DNA of 19,386 bases from Candidatus Calditenuaceae archaeon HR02 (lineage in GTDB: Archaea; Thermoproteota; Nitrososphaeria_A; Caldarchaeales; Calditenuaceae). Shown piece after piece: positions 1 to 7,531 of this stretch. The translations under genes and the position numbers were made by a program. Location of the stretch: NCBI GenBank assembly GCA_002898395.1, contig BEHE01000024.1, forward strand, positions 1 to 19,386, read 5' to 3'. Position 1 is the stretch's first letter. Each line of letters begins with the position of its first letter. The notes under the pieces are model-generated. The model had not been told where the DNA came from and did no database searches. It saw only the letters and a list, made by a program, of their open reading frames with translations.

Positions 1-325
1 CAGGCTCGCCTTCCCAGATGATGGCAATCTTGTTCTTCCTCCAAGACTTTACATGACGGTCCAAGCAGAGATAGGACAGGTTTAGACGGCCGCCCACAAA
101 CCATTTGTAGACGTTCGGATAATCCCCCCGCTCTACAACCTTCTCAAAGTCTTTAAACCACTCAAGCTCTCTAGCCACACCAGCCCAGAACTCCTCAAAC
201 CTCTCAAGAGTCTCCCGGTGGAAAGAGTGGTAATCCCTGATCGAGACCTGTCTATGTACCCAGTTATCCAAAGTTATTCTCTCCTCAAAGTTCAGCGCTT
301 CACGCAGGGATTCCGATTGACCCAT
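1..325 (-). CDS. acs: Acetyl-CoA synthetase (AMP-forming), N-terminal part, truncated by the window edge
   Basis: Not in the ORF track. Manual translation from ATG at 325: MGQSESLREALNFEE...FEEFWAGVARELEWFKDFEKV...YKWFVGGRLNLSYLCLDRHVKSWRKNKIAIIWEGEP, the characteristic ACS N-terminal motifs (FW..A..L.WF, WF.GG.LN...CLDRH, K.AIIWEGEP). Confidence 0.93.
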   Translation of the reverse strand, partial: MGQSESLREALNFEERITLDNWVHRQVSIRDYHSFHRETLERFEEFWAGVARELEWFKDFEKVVERGDYPNVYKWFVGGRLNLSYLCLDRHVKSWRKNKIAIIWEGEP

Positions 326-454
326 GGATCGTCTCGAGGATATAGGTTGCTTACCTCATTAATAAACTTCTGTTATAGTGAGACGAGGTTTTTACATTAA
401 ATTGTTTAAACTATTCTACATTTTATCATATCTTATTAATACCTACATGGCTTT

Positions 455-808
455 TTATAATAGCTTTAAGTGTCGAGTTGTTTTATCGATAAGGGGTTCG
501 GGTGCAGGTCCGACCGCGAGCGCTGTAATGGTTCCCGCCTCTACTTGTGTTAAGCCTGCATCCTCTATCAGGGCGGCTGGTAGCCCTTCCTCCTCTACCC
601 TATGCTTGATTGTTAGGAGTTCGTCTAGGTTCTGTGCAGCTAAAACGACTTTTCTCTGCCCTGTTTCCAGCCACTTTGCAGCCCATTCGGGTCTGAGCCT
701 AGAGGCTTCCAGGTAGGCTGTCAGTGAGGCGTGGGCTACTTGGGCTGCTAGCTTTCCGCGGCCCAGCTTTAGGTCCCGCCTGACGACGATAACCTGTTTA
801 AACACCAT
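455..808 (-). CDS. pth2: Peptidyl-tRNA hydrolase Pth2
   Basis: KQVIVVRRDLKLGRGKLAAQVAHAS, GQRKVVL, IEDAGLTQV..GTITALAVGP and terminal LKLL are Pth2 motifs. Start placed at ATG 808 (MVFKQ), 1 nt after the aroK stop; the track start of 841 overlaps aroK. Confidence 0.95.
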   Translation of the reverse strand: MVFKQVIVVRRDLKLGRGKLAAQVAHASLTAYLEASRLRPEWAAKWLETGQRKVVLAAQNLDELLTIKHRVEEEGLPAALIEDAGLTQVEAGTITALAVGPAPEPLIDKTTRHLKLL

Positions 809-809
809 A

Positions 810-1691
810 TTATCCAAGCTTGATGTGTCTGTCATGCCCATCTGTGGGAGGGTTAACGACTCTCTTAACCACTATGTTTTTTCCATGCTTTGATAGCGCG
901 GCCGAGACTGGTTCGACGTACTCTTGGGTGGTTATAGCCGCTATTGCGGGTCCTGTTCCAGTGACTCCAGCTCCTAGGGCACCGGCTGACAGGGCGTCTA
1001 TTATCGGCCGGGTTGGCAGGTTTAGGGCCGCCGCATGGAGTAGGCCATTGAGCGTCATTGCCCTCCAGTAGTCCCGGCGCTCCGCTATCTTGAACGCCTC
1101 CATGACCAAGTCTCTGATGGGCGCCAGTGTCTCCCTCCTGAAGCTCTTAGTGTATGTCTTCTCCGCGGGTATTAGAATTACGACGGCGAGGTCTTGGTCT
1201 ACTGCTTCGTGTCTGAGTATCTTTCTGCCGTAGTTATCTGTGAGGACTATGCCTCCAAGCATGCATGCAGCTGCATCGTCGATGGCCCCTGTTATCGAGA
1301 CGCCAGACCTCTGCGAGGCCTCCGCTACCGCTGCGAGGAACGCACCGATATCAGCCGTCTCCCCTAAGGCATCTAGCACTGCTAGGCCCACCGAGACTGC
1401 GGCCGAGCTTGAACTCTTCAGACCGACCGCTATAGGAATGTCTGACTGGGTTGTGACCCTGAAGCCCAAACCCTTAACCCCCGCAAGTTCCGAGACAGTC
1501 CTCACAACTTCTTTGACTAGCGAGTCATCACCTACAGAATCCTTGTTAACAAGCATGGTCTCGCCCCCCTCCACCACCTCCACATAAGCCCGCGTATAGA
1601 AGTCAATCCCCAGCGCGCCGCCAAACCCTGTAGAGATTGCATTGATTATTGAGACTGCGCCGTGGGCCTCGCCTACACCTCTTCTAACCAT
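810..1691 (-). CDS. aroK: Archaeal shikimate kinase (GHMP superfamily)
   Basis: GAVSIINAISTGFGGALGID, SDIPIAVGLKSSSSAA (GHMP P-loop), SITGAIDDAAACMLGG, GVTGTGPA; adjacent to an aro operon. Confidence 0.95.
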   Translation of the reverse strand: MVRRGVGEAHGAVSIINAISTGFGGALGIDFYTRAYVEVVEGGETMLVNKDSVGDDSLVKEVVRTVSELAGVKGLGFRVTTQSDIPIAVGLKSSSSAAVSVGLAVLDALGETADIGAFLAAVAEASQRSGVSITGAIDDAAACMLGGIVLTDNYGRKILRHEAVDQDLAVVILIPAEKTYTKSFRRETLAPIRDLVMEAFKIAERRDYWRAMTLNGLLHAAALNLPTRPIIDALSAGALGAGVTGTGPAIAAITTQEYVEPVSAALSKHGKNIVVKRVVNPPTDGHDRHIKLG

Positions 1692-1713
1692 TCCCGGCGT
1701 TTTCCTGTCTGGG

Positions 1714-1727
1714 AAAAAATATAAATT
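1714..1727. promoter_or_regulatory. Bidirectional BRE/TATA element for aroK (-) and the leader-asd-aro operon (+)
   Basis: AAAAAATATAAATT is the only AT-rich element in the 200-nt intergenic region. It reads TATAAA on + (~30 nt before ATG 1752) and TTTATA on - (~30 nt before aroK ATG 1691), spacing consistent with leaderless transcripts in both directions. Confidence 0.7.
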
Positions 1728-1729
1728 GA

Positions 1730-1751
1730 GCGGGCTTCCTCTACAGCCCGC
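1730..1751. promoter_or_regulatory. Perfect inverted repeat GCGGGCT-N8-AGCCCGC, candidate operator
   Basis: GCGGGCT 1730-1736 and AGCCCGC 1745-1751 lie between the TATA box and the predicted + strand start site. Confidence 0.4.
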
Positions 1752-1841
1752 ATGAGTAGGGGGAGGGGCGTAGGTCGTAGCAACTCAACACCTCAAACGG
1801 GTACTACGACCTATGCCTATTTCTTTGGACCCACTGCTTAG
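1752..1841 (+). CDS. Putative leader peptide, 29 aa, MSRGRGVGRSNSTPQTGTTTYAYFFGPTA
   Basis: ATG 1752 to TAG 1839-1841, below the ORF-track cutoff. Codons ACT ACG ACC TAT GCC TAT TTC TTT (1803-1826) encode TTTYAYFF directly upstream of asd and the Phe/Tyr pathway operon. Confidence 0.65.
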   Translation: MSRGRGVGRSNSTPQTGTTTYAYFFGPTA

Positions 1842-1871
1842 TAGGTCCTCTTTCCCCCCTCCCCCCTGCTC
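1752..1871 (+). promoter_or_regulatory. Structured 5' leader RNA (three-way junction, candidate attenuator)
   Basis: P1: 1754-1766 with 1858-1871 (13 bp, one G-U, one bulged C). P2: 1767-1780 with 1804-1817 (14 bp, one G-U). P3: 1827-1835 with 1840-1848 (8 of 9 pairs), followed by TCTTT and C-tracts. The G-U pairs indicate the + strand. Confidence 0.75.
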
Positions 1872-1894
1872 TGCGGATGTGTGGTGGATGTATC

Positions 1895-2947
1895 ATGCCT
1901 AGGTTAGGTGTAGCTATACTTGGAGCGACTGGGATGGTTGGACAGATATACGTGCAGATGCTGAGCAGGCATCCGTGGTTCGAGATTAGAGCAGTAACGG
2001 GAAACTCGACAGTGGGTAAGACGCTCAGAGAGGCCTACCGAGGCAGAGGCTACGTACCGGAGAAGTATGCAGAGCTAGAGGTCCTCCCCTCCGATCCTTC
2101 TAAGATAGATGCTGACTTGGTCTTCAGCTGTCTTCCAGCCAAGTCTGCTAGGGAGGTTGAGCCCAGGTTCGCAGCTGCCGGCTTCCCAGTTGTAAGCGAC
2201 TCCTCAGCCCACAGATACCTGCCCGACGTCCCTCTAATCATTCCGGAGGTGAACCCGGAGCATCTCGACCTGATAGACGTTCAGAAGAGGAGGCGCGGCT
2301 GGGACGGATTCATAGTCACAACCCCCAACTGCACGACAGTCGGATTCGCTACCACACTCAAACCTCTAGCCGATGACTTCGGCCTAAGATATGTGAACGT
2401 CGTGACGATGCAGGCGGTGTCCGGAGCGGGCTACAGCGGCGTGCCGTCGATGGCCATTCTAGGAAACATTATACCCTATATTGAGGGGGAGGAGGTGAAG
2501 GTCTCCGAAGAGCCTAGAAAGATTCTGGGCAGGCTGGTAGACGGGGAGGTTCAGCCCATGGATGTTCCAATAGATGCGACATGTTTTAGGGTACCGACGA
2601 TTGTAGGTCACCTCGAATCAGTCCAGGTTGAGCTAGGGAGGGAGGTCGCTATAGGGGATGTTGTAGATTCTCTCGCAGGATTTATCGGGCTTCCTCAGAA
2701 GCTGGAGCTGCCGACCGCACCGCGGCGCCCAATATGGGTTTTCAGCGACGAGGAGAGGCCTCAGCCCAGGCTGGACTCGGATGCAGGCGAGGTGCCGGGA
2801 ATGGTTATCTCCGTGGGCAGGATTAGGAAGGGAAAGAAGCCGGAGACGGTGATGTTTGTCACGTTGAGCCACAATCTTATAAGAGGCGCCGCCGGCGGAG
2901 CTATATTGACGGCCGAGCTGCTATACGCTCTGGGGAGGTTGGATTAG
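1895..2947 (+). CDS. asd: Aspartate-semialdehyde dehydrogenase (archaeal type)
   Basis: ILGATGMVGQ, VPLIIPEVNPEHL, PNCTT (catalytic Cys), QAVSGAG, RVPTIVGH, HNLIRGAAG. Start at ATG 1895 preferred (SD-like GGTGGA 1883-1888); in-frame alternative ATG at 1877. Confidence 0.96.
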   Translation: MPRLGVAILGATGMVGQIYVQMLSRHPWFEIRAVTGNSTVGKTLREAYRGRGYVPEKYAELEVLPSDPSKIDADLVFSCLPAKSAREVEPRFAAAGFPVVSDSSAHRYLPDVPLIIPEVNPEHLDLIDVQKRRRGWDGFIVTTPNCTTVGFATTLKPLADDFGLRYVNVVTMQAVSGAGYSGVPSMAILGNIIPYIEGEEVKVSEEPRKILGRLVDGEVQPMDVPIDATCFRVPTIVGHLESVQVELGREVAIGDVVDSLAGFIGLPQKLELPTAPRRPIWVFSDEERPQPRLDSDAGEVPGMVISVGRIRKGKKPETVMFVTLSHNLIRGAAGGAILTAELLYALGRLD

Positions 2948-3747
2948 TGATGGTGACGGGGAAAAAGGTCAGGCTTTCCAGACTAACCGAGCGGGGTAGG
3001 ATGCTTTGCATTCCCATGGACCATGGAATAACCGCTGGGCCGATGAAGGGGCTTGACACGATCTATCAGACGATTCGTGAGGTGGAGAAGGGTGGGGCCA
3101 CAGCATTCCTAGTCCAGAAGGGGATAGTGAAGCACATGCCTGACCCTCCGCGGATCGGGTTCATAATCCATGTCTCTGGAAGCACTTCGCTGGGCCCAGA
3201 CCCCAACTGGAAGGTTCGCGTCGGAGGTGTTCAGACCGCACTACTACTGGGCGCCGACGGTCTCTCTGTCCACATAAACATCGGTAGTAAGGCTGAGCCC
3301 GAGATGCTTAGGAAGCTCGGAGAAGTGGCCGACGAGTGCGAGTCCTGGGGTGTCCCGCTGATCGCTATGATGTATCCGAGGGGCGAGGGGATTAAGGATC
3401 CGAATGACCCGAATGTTCTGATGCACGTCGCAAGGATTGGCGCTGAGCTGGGGGCCGACATAGTAAAGGTGCCCTATAGTGGAAGTGTAGAGACTTTCAG
3501 ACGGGTTGTGGAGGCCTGTCCGGCCCCAGTCGTCATGGCGGGCGGTCCAAAGATGGATGACGACCTGGCGGTCTTGAGGATGGCTCGTGAGGCTATGGAT
3601 GCAGGGGCGATGGGGGTGACGATAGGTAGAAACGTCTTCATGCACGGGAGGCCGGCGGCAATCGTCAGGGCGTTACGCGCAATAGTAATCGAGGATAGGA
3701 GTGTAGAGGACGCTCAGAGCCTGCTTGGACGTGAGGTTAGGGGTTGA
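2947..3747 (+). CDS. aroA': 2-amino-3,7-dideoxy-D-threo-hept-6-ulosonate (ADH) synthase, DhnA-family class I aldolase
   Basis: PMDHG, HVSGSTSLGPDPNWKV, MMYPRG, ELGADIVK (Schiff-base Lys), AGGPK, GRNVF; lies between asd and DHQ synthase II. Confidence 0.92.
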   Translation: MMVTGKKVRLSRLTERGRMLCIPMDHGITAGPMKGLDTIYQTIREVEKGGATAFLVQKGIVKHMPDPPRIGFIIHVSGSTSLGPDPNWKVRVGGVQTALLLGADGLSVHINIGSKAEPEMLRKLGEVADECESWGVPLIAMMYPRGEGIKDPNDPNVLMHVARIGAELGADIVKVPYSGSVETFRRVVEACPAPVVMAGGPKMDDDLAVLRMAREAMDAGAMGVTIGRNVFMHGRPAAIVRALRAIVIEDRSVEDAQSLLGREVRG

Positions 3748-4742
3748 GCCCAAACGAGCCGAAGGAGATAGTAATAGAGGTGTCCGATGAAAAGGAGGCT
3801 GAAGAGGCTGCAGCAGCCGGCGCCCCCACACTACTCTATACAGGAGGCGAGACGCCCGCAAGTCTGAAAGCCCGTGCAAAGATATACTCTCTCGGCAGAG
3901 AGATAATCTCCGTCAAGGTCTCCAAGCCTGGAGATATTGACGAGGTGGCCCGGCTAGCGCGGACTGGGGTCGGGTCCATACTTGTGGAGACAGCAGATAT
4001 TAAGATTATTCCATTGGAGAACATCCTAGCTAGTCTTCAAGGGTCTGGGACGAAGGTTTACGTGAGGATTGGGAGTGTCGAAGAGGCTGAGGCTATGCTA
4101 GGGGTGCTTGAGAAGGGTGTTGACGGGGTTGTCTACAGACCATCTAGCCCGAGTGAGATAGGTCTTCTCCTCGACCTCCTGAGGCAAGTAAGGAGGGTTG
4201 AGCTAAGGTCTGCTAGGGTGACCGATGTCTTCGATGTTGGTATGGGTGAGAGAGCGTGTGTTGACACAACATCAATGCTGAGGTATGGTGAGGGGATGCT
4301 TGTGGGCAGCATGGCGAGGATGCTCTTCCTAGTCCACAACGAGTCTGTTGGTTCGAAGTTCACACCACCAAGACCCTTCAGGGTCAACGCAGGGGCGGTC
4401 CACCTCTACACCCTGGGGCCGACCGGAAAAACGCTGTACCTCTCTGAGCTCAAATCTGGTATGCGGGTCCTGATGGTGTCTAGGGATGGTGCTGCGAGGA
4501 TTGTAACCGTGGGTAGGGTGAAGATTGAGAGGAGGCCGATGGTGCAGGTTAACGCCGAGACCAACGGAGTCTACGGCTCAGTAACTCTTCAGAAGGCTGA
4601 GACGATAAGGCTTCTGACAGCAAAGGGCGAGATAGTAGATGTCACCTCGCTCGCGCGGGGGGAGGAGGTGTTGGTCTGGCTCTCGAGCAAGGCTGCACGG
4701 CACATGGGTATGGAGGTAGACGAGTTCATAGATGAGGTCTAG
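3744..4742 (+). CDS. aroB': 3-dehydroquinate synthase II
   Basis: IIPLENILA, LEKGVDGV, GERACVDT, RPFRVNAGAVHLY, YLSELKSG, GRVKIERRP, LQKAETIRL, ARHMG; TTG start overlaps the aroA' stop. Confidence 0.95.
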   Translation: MSPNEPKEIVIEVSDEKEAEEAAAAGAPTLLYTGGETPASLKARAKIYSLGREIISVKVSKPGDIDEVARLARTGVGSILVETADIKIIPLENILASLQGSGTKVYVRIGSVEEAEAMLGVLEKGVDGVVYRPSSPSEIGLLLDLLRQVRRVELRSARVTDVFDVGMGERACVDTTSMLRYGEGMLVGSMARMLFLVHNESVGSKFTPPRPFRVNAGAVHLYTLGPTGKTLYLSELKSGMRVLMVSRDGAARIVTVGRVKIERRPMVQVNAETNGVYGSVTLQKAETIRLLTAKGEIVDVTSLARGEEVLVWLSSKAARHMGMEVDEFIDEV

Positions 4743-5445
4743 CCTCGCTGAGAAGGTCTGCGTCTCGATACTGCCCCGAAGTATCGGAGAGCTCAGACAG
4801 CTATGTGAGAGTGCCTTAGAGCTTGGGGCCAAGCTCATAGAGCTGCGCCTAGACGGTCTACAGGAGCTCGAGATGGGAGAGGCGGCAAAAATATCCAATG
4901 ACATGGGCTTCCGTAGGATCATCACACTCCGACCCAGCTGGGAAGGTGGGCTCTACGCCGGAGACGAGCAGAAGAGGCTTGAGCTTCTATCGAGTGTGTC
5001 TACGGGTGTAGAGTGTGTTGACTTGGAGTTTAAGACTATTGAGTCCAATCCTAGACTTGTCGAGGAGCTGAAGAGTTTGGGTGTCAAGGTAATCTCCTCC
5101 AGACACTATTTCAACGAGGCTCCTTCGAGCCTCGAGCTGCGGAGGATTGTTGCGAAGGGATTAGAGTCCGCGGATATAGTCAAGGTGGTCAATAATCCGA
5201 GGAGAGTGTCGGAGGCTATGGACGTCCTCGCGCTCTATTCTGAGGCCTCCTTCAGAGGTAGGGTCGTCGCGTTCAGTATGGGTGAGAGGTGGTGCCTCAC
5301 AAGGGTGCTTAGCATCTTGTTGGGTTCTCCCTTCACCTACGCATCTCTCCCCGGCCAGCCTGTGGCTCCGGGCCAGCCCAGCTTCTCCGAGGCCTTAGAG
5401 GCCTTAGAGGTGTTCCTAACAAGTTGGCCCTCCTGGCAGTTATAG
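4732..5445 (+). CDS. aroD: Type I 3-dehydroquinate dehydratase
   Basis: IELRLD, TLRPSWEGG, VDLE, SSRHYF (catalytic His), DIVKVV (Schiff-base Lys), FSMG, APGQ. Confidence 0.93.
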   Translation: MRSSLAEKVCVSILPRSIGELRQLCESALELGAKLIELRLDGLQELEMGEAAKISNDMGFRRIITLRPSWEGGLYAGDEQKRLELLSSVSTGVECVDLEFKTIESNPRLVEELKSLGVKVISSRHYFNEAPSSLELRRIVAKGLESADIVKVVNNPRRVSEAMDVLALYSEASFRGRVVAFSMGERWCLTRVLSILLGSPFTYASLPGQPVAPGQPSFSEALEALEVFLTSWPSWQL

Positions 5446-6263
5446 GCTACCCAATATCACACTCAGCCTCGCCAGTCATGCATAATGCGGCCCTACGCGC
5501 ACTCGGCCTCCCAAACCGCTACATAGCGATAGAATCCCACCCCGAGACGCTCCAGAAAACCTTGAAAACACTCCACAAACTCGGCTTCAAGGGCCTCAAC
5601 ATAACTATCCCACATAAAGAGGCAGCGGCCCGAGAGGCCGTTAAGCTCTCCGAAGAGGCCGAGGCGATAGGCGCTGTAAACACGCTTCAGAGGCTGGACG
5701 ACGGATGGGTGGGATACAACACCGACGTCGAGGGCGTTGAGAGGTGCTTATCGCCCCATGTTGAGGGACGTCTCAACAGGGTGCTGGTTCTGGGTGCCGG
5801 CGGCGCTGCTGCAGCTGCCCTCTATGCCCTTTGGAGGATGGGAGTTGAGAAGGTGATTGTGGCTAACAGGAGTAGGGAGCGGGCCGAGGTGCTAGCCAAG
5901 CGATTTAGGGACAAAGTGGGGCTTAATGTCCGAGTAATAGGGCTGGAGGAGGCCAGCCGTGAAGCGCGCAGTGTAGAGATCGTCATAAACGCGACCCCAC
6001 TCGGCATTACTTACCATGAAAGCATGATAGGCCCTGAAGACCTAACTAAGCACCACATAGTCCTTGACATGGTTTACTCAAATCTGCCAACGCCTCTCCA
6101 GAGAGCCGCCATCTCAACCGACGCATTGTATATCGATGGAGTGAAGATGCTTGTTGAGCAGGGGGCTAGGGCATTCAAGATTTTCCATGGAGTCGAGCCC
6201 GACAGGGCCTTGATGGAGAGGGCTGTTAGATCGTGGCTTGCACGGCGCGGTGTGCCGGGATGA
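5424..6263 (+). CDS. aroE: Shikimate dehydrogenase
   Basis: IGYPISHSASP, NITIPHK, GAVNT, YNTD, GAGGAA, NATPLG, GVKMLVEQG; TTG start. Confidence 0.96.
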   Translation: MALLAVIGYPISHSASPVMHNAALRALGLPNRYIAIESHPETLQKTLKTLHKLGFKGLNITIPHKEAAAREAVKLSEEAEAIGAVNTLQRLDDGWVGYNTDVEGVERCLSPHVEGRLNRVLVLGAGGAAAAALYALWRMGVEKVIVANRSRERAEVLAKRFRDKVGLNVRVIGLEEASREARSVEIVINATPLGITYHESMIGPEDLTKHHIVLDMVYSNLPTPLQRAAISTDALYIDGVKMLVEQGARAFKIFHGVEPDRALMERAVRSWLARRGVPG

Positions 6264-7531
6264 TCGTGAAGATTAGGGCAGAGAAGGTCTCCGGAGAGGT
6301 CAGGGCACCACCCAGCAAAAGCTACACGCACAGGTCCATCGCTGCTGCACTCCTAGCGCCGGGGGAATCTCGCATATATAACCCACTATACTCCCGCGAC
6401 ACTGAGGCGACAATCAATGCCGCAAGACTCTTCGGCGCGAGACTCCAATCCAAAAAGGATGAGGTCAAGGTCGAGGGTGTGGAGGTTCCCAAGACGCCGG
6501 AAAACGTCATTGACGCGATGAACTCCGGCACTACACTCAGAATTATGACCTGCATCGCAGGTCTCACCGAGGGGGGATACACTGTTTTGACGGGTGATGA
6601 GAGCCTCCGGAAGAGGCCGATGCAGCCCCTCCTAGAGGCTCTCGCCCAACTGGGTGTCAGGGCATGGTCTACAAAGCTTGATGGCACGGCACCAATAATC
6701 GTCGAGGGCGGAAGAATGGGTGGTGAGTGCGGTATCAGGGGCGATATTAGCAGCCAGTTCGTATCCGGCCTCCTCATAGCAGGCGCAGCCGCAGATAAGC
6801 CTCTAACGATCAACATTCAAGGATCCCTTGTCTCAAGGCCCTACATCGACGCCACGATAACAGTCCTCAGACTCTTCGGCGCCACAGTCAAGAGGGAGGG
6901 CTACAGCCGCTTCTATACAGAGCCTACCGGCTATAGGCCTGCAGAGTTCACGGTCCCAGGCGACTATGGCCTGGCCGGCTTCATAATGGCTGCCCCACTG
7001 ATGGCGGGTGGGAGGATCAGGGTGGCCGGCCTCGACCCTAAGCTTCCACAGGCTGACTATAGGCTGGTCGAAGTGCTGCGGGACATGGGGGCGCGCGTGA
7101 TAGAGGGCGATGGGTTTGTAGAGGTTAGCGAAGCTTCTCTAGCAGGAGTCGATGTTGACCTAAGGGACTCCCCGGACCTCCTACCCATAGTCTCTGTACT
7201 GGCAGCAGTCGCAGAAGGCGAGACGAGGATTAAAGGTGTTACGCATGCTAGGTTTAAGGAGAGCGATAGAATCCATGCGCTAGCCGTCGAGCTCGCCAAA
7301 GCATCAATCCACGTAGAAGAGACCTCAGACGGATTGACTATAAGGCCTGGGAAGTTGGTGAAGGCGCGACTAGACCCTAGAGGAGACCATAGACTATTCA
7401 TGGCATTTGCCCTTCTCTCACTGGCCACTGGAGGGCTTATCGAGGTCTTGGGCCCCGAGTCGGCATCCGTCTCCTACCCCAACTTCATGGACGACCTAAA
7501 GCTATTGGGATGCGAGGTTGAGATTTCTTGA
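6260..7531 (+). CDS. aroA: EPSP synthase (3-phosphoshikimate 1-carboxyvinyltransferase)
   Basis: PPSKSYTHR, NSGTTLR, SLRKRPM, SSQFVSGLL, SRPYID, KESDRI, DHRL. Start placed at ATG 6260 (ATGA overlap with the aroE stop) rather than track start 6233. Confidence 0.96.
   Translation: MIVKIRAEKVSGEVRAPPSKSYTHRSIAAALLAPGESRIYNPLYSRDTEATINAARLFGARLQSKKDEVKVEGVEVPKTPENVIDAMNSGTTLRIMTCIAGLTEGGYTVLTGDESLRKRPMQPLLEALAQLGVRAWSTKLDGTAPIIVEGGRMGGECGIRGDISSQFVSGLLIAGAAADKPLTINIQGSLVSRPYIDATITVLRLFGATVKREGYSRFYTEPTGYRPAEFTVPGDYGLAGFIMAAPLMAGGRIRVAGLDPKLPQADYRLVEVLRDMGARVIEGDGFVEVSEASLAGVDVDLRDSPDLLPIVSVLAAVAEGETRIKGVTHARFKESDRIHALAVELAKASIHVEETSDGLTIRPGKLVKARLDPRGDHRLFMAFALLSLATGGLIEVLGPESASVSYPNFMDDLKLLGCEVEIS

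Noticed and set aside
326-454. Shared operator between the AT-rich acs and MFS upstream regions (TTTTACA-like)
   Set aside because: Similarity is limited to short low-complexity AT words.
218-716. Plus-strand ORFs 218-400 and 378-716
   Set aside because: They overlap acs and pth2 on the opposite strand and run through an AT-rich promoter region; no protein-like features.
1752-1871. Leader as a T-box riboswitch
   Set aside because: No T-box consensus (AAnnnGGGTGGnACC) or stem I AG/GA motifs, and it is too short.
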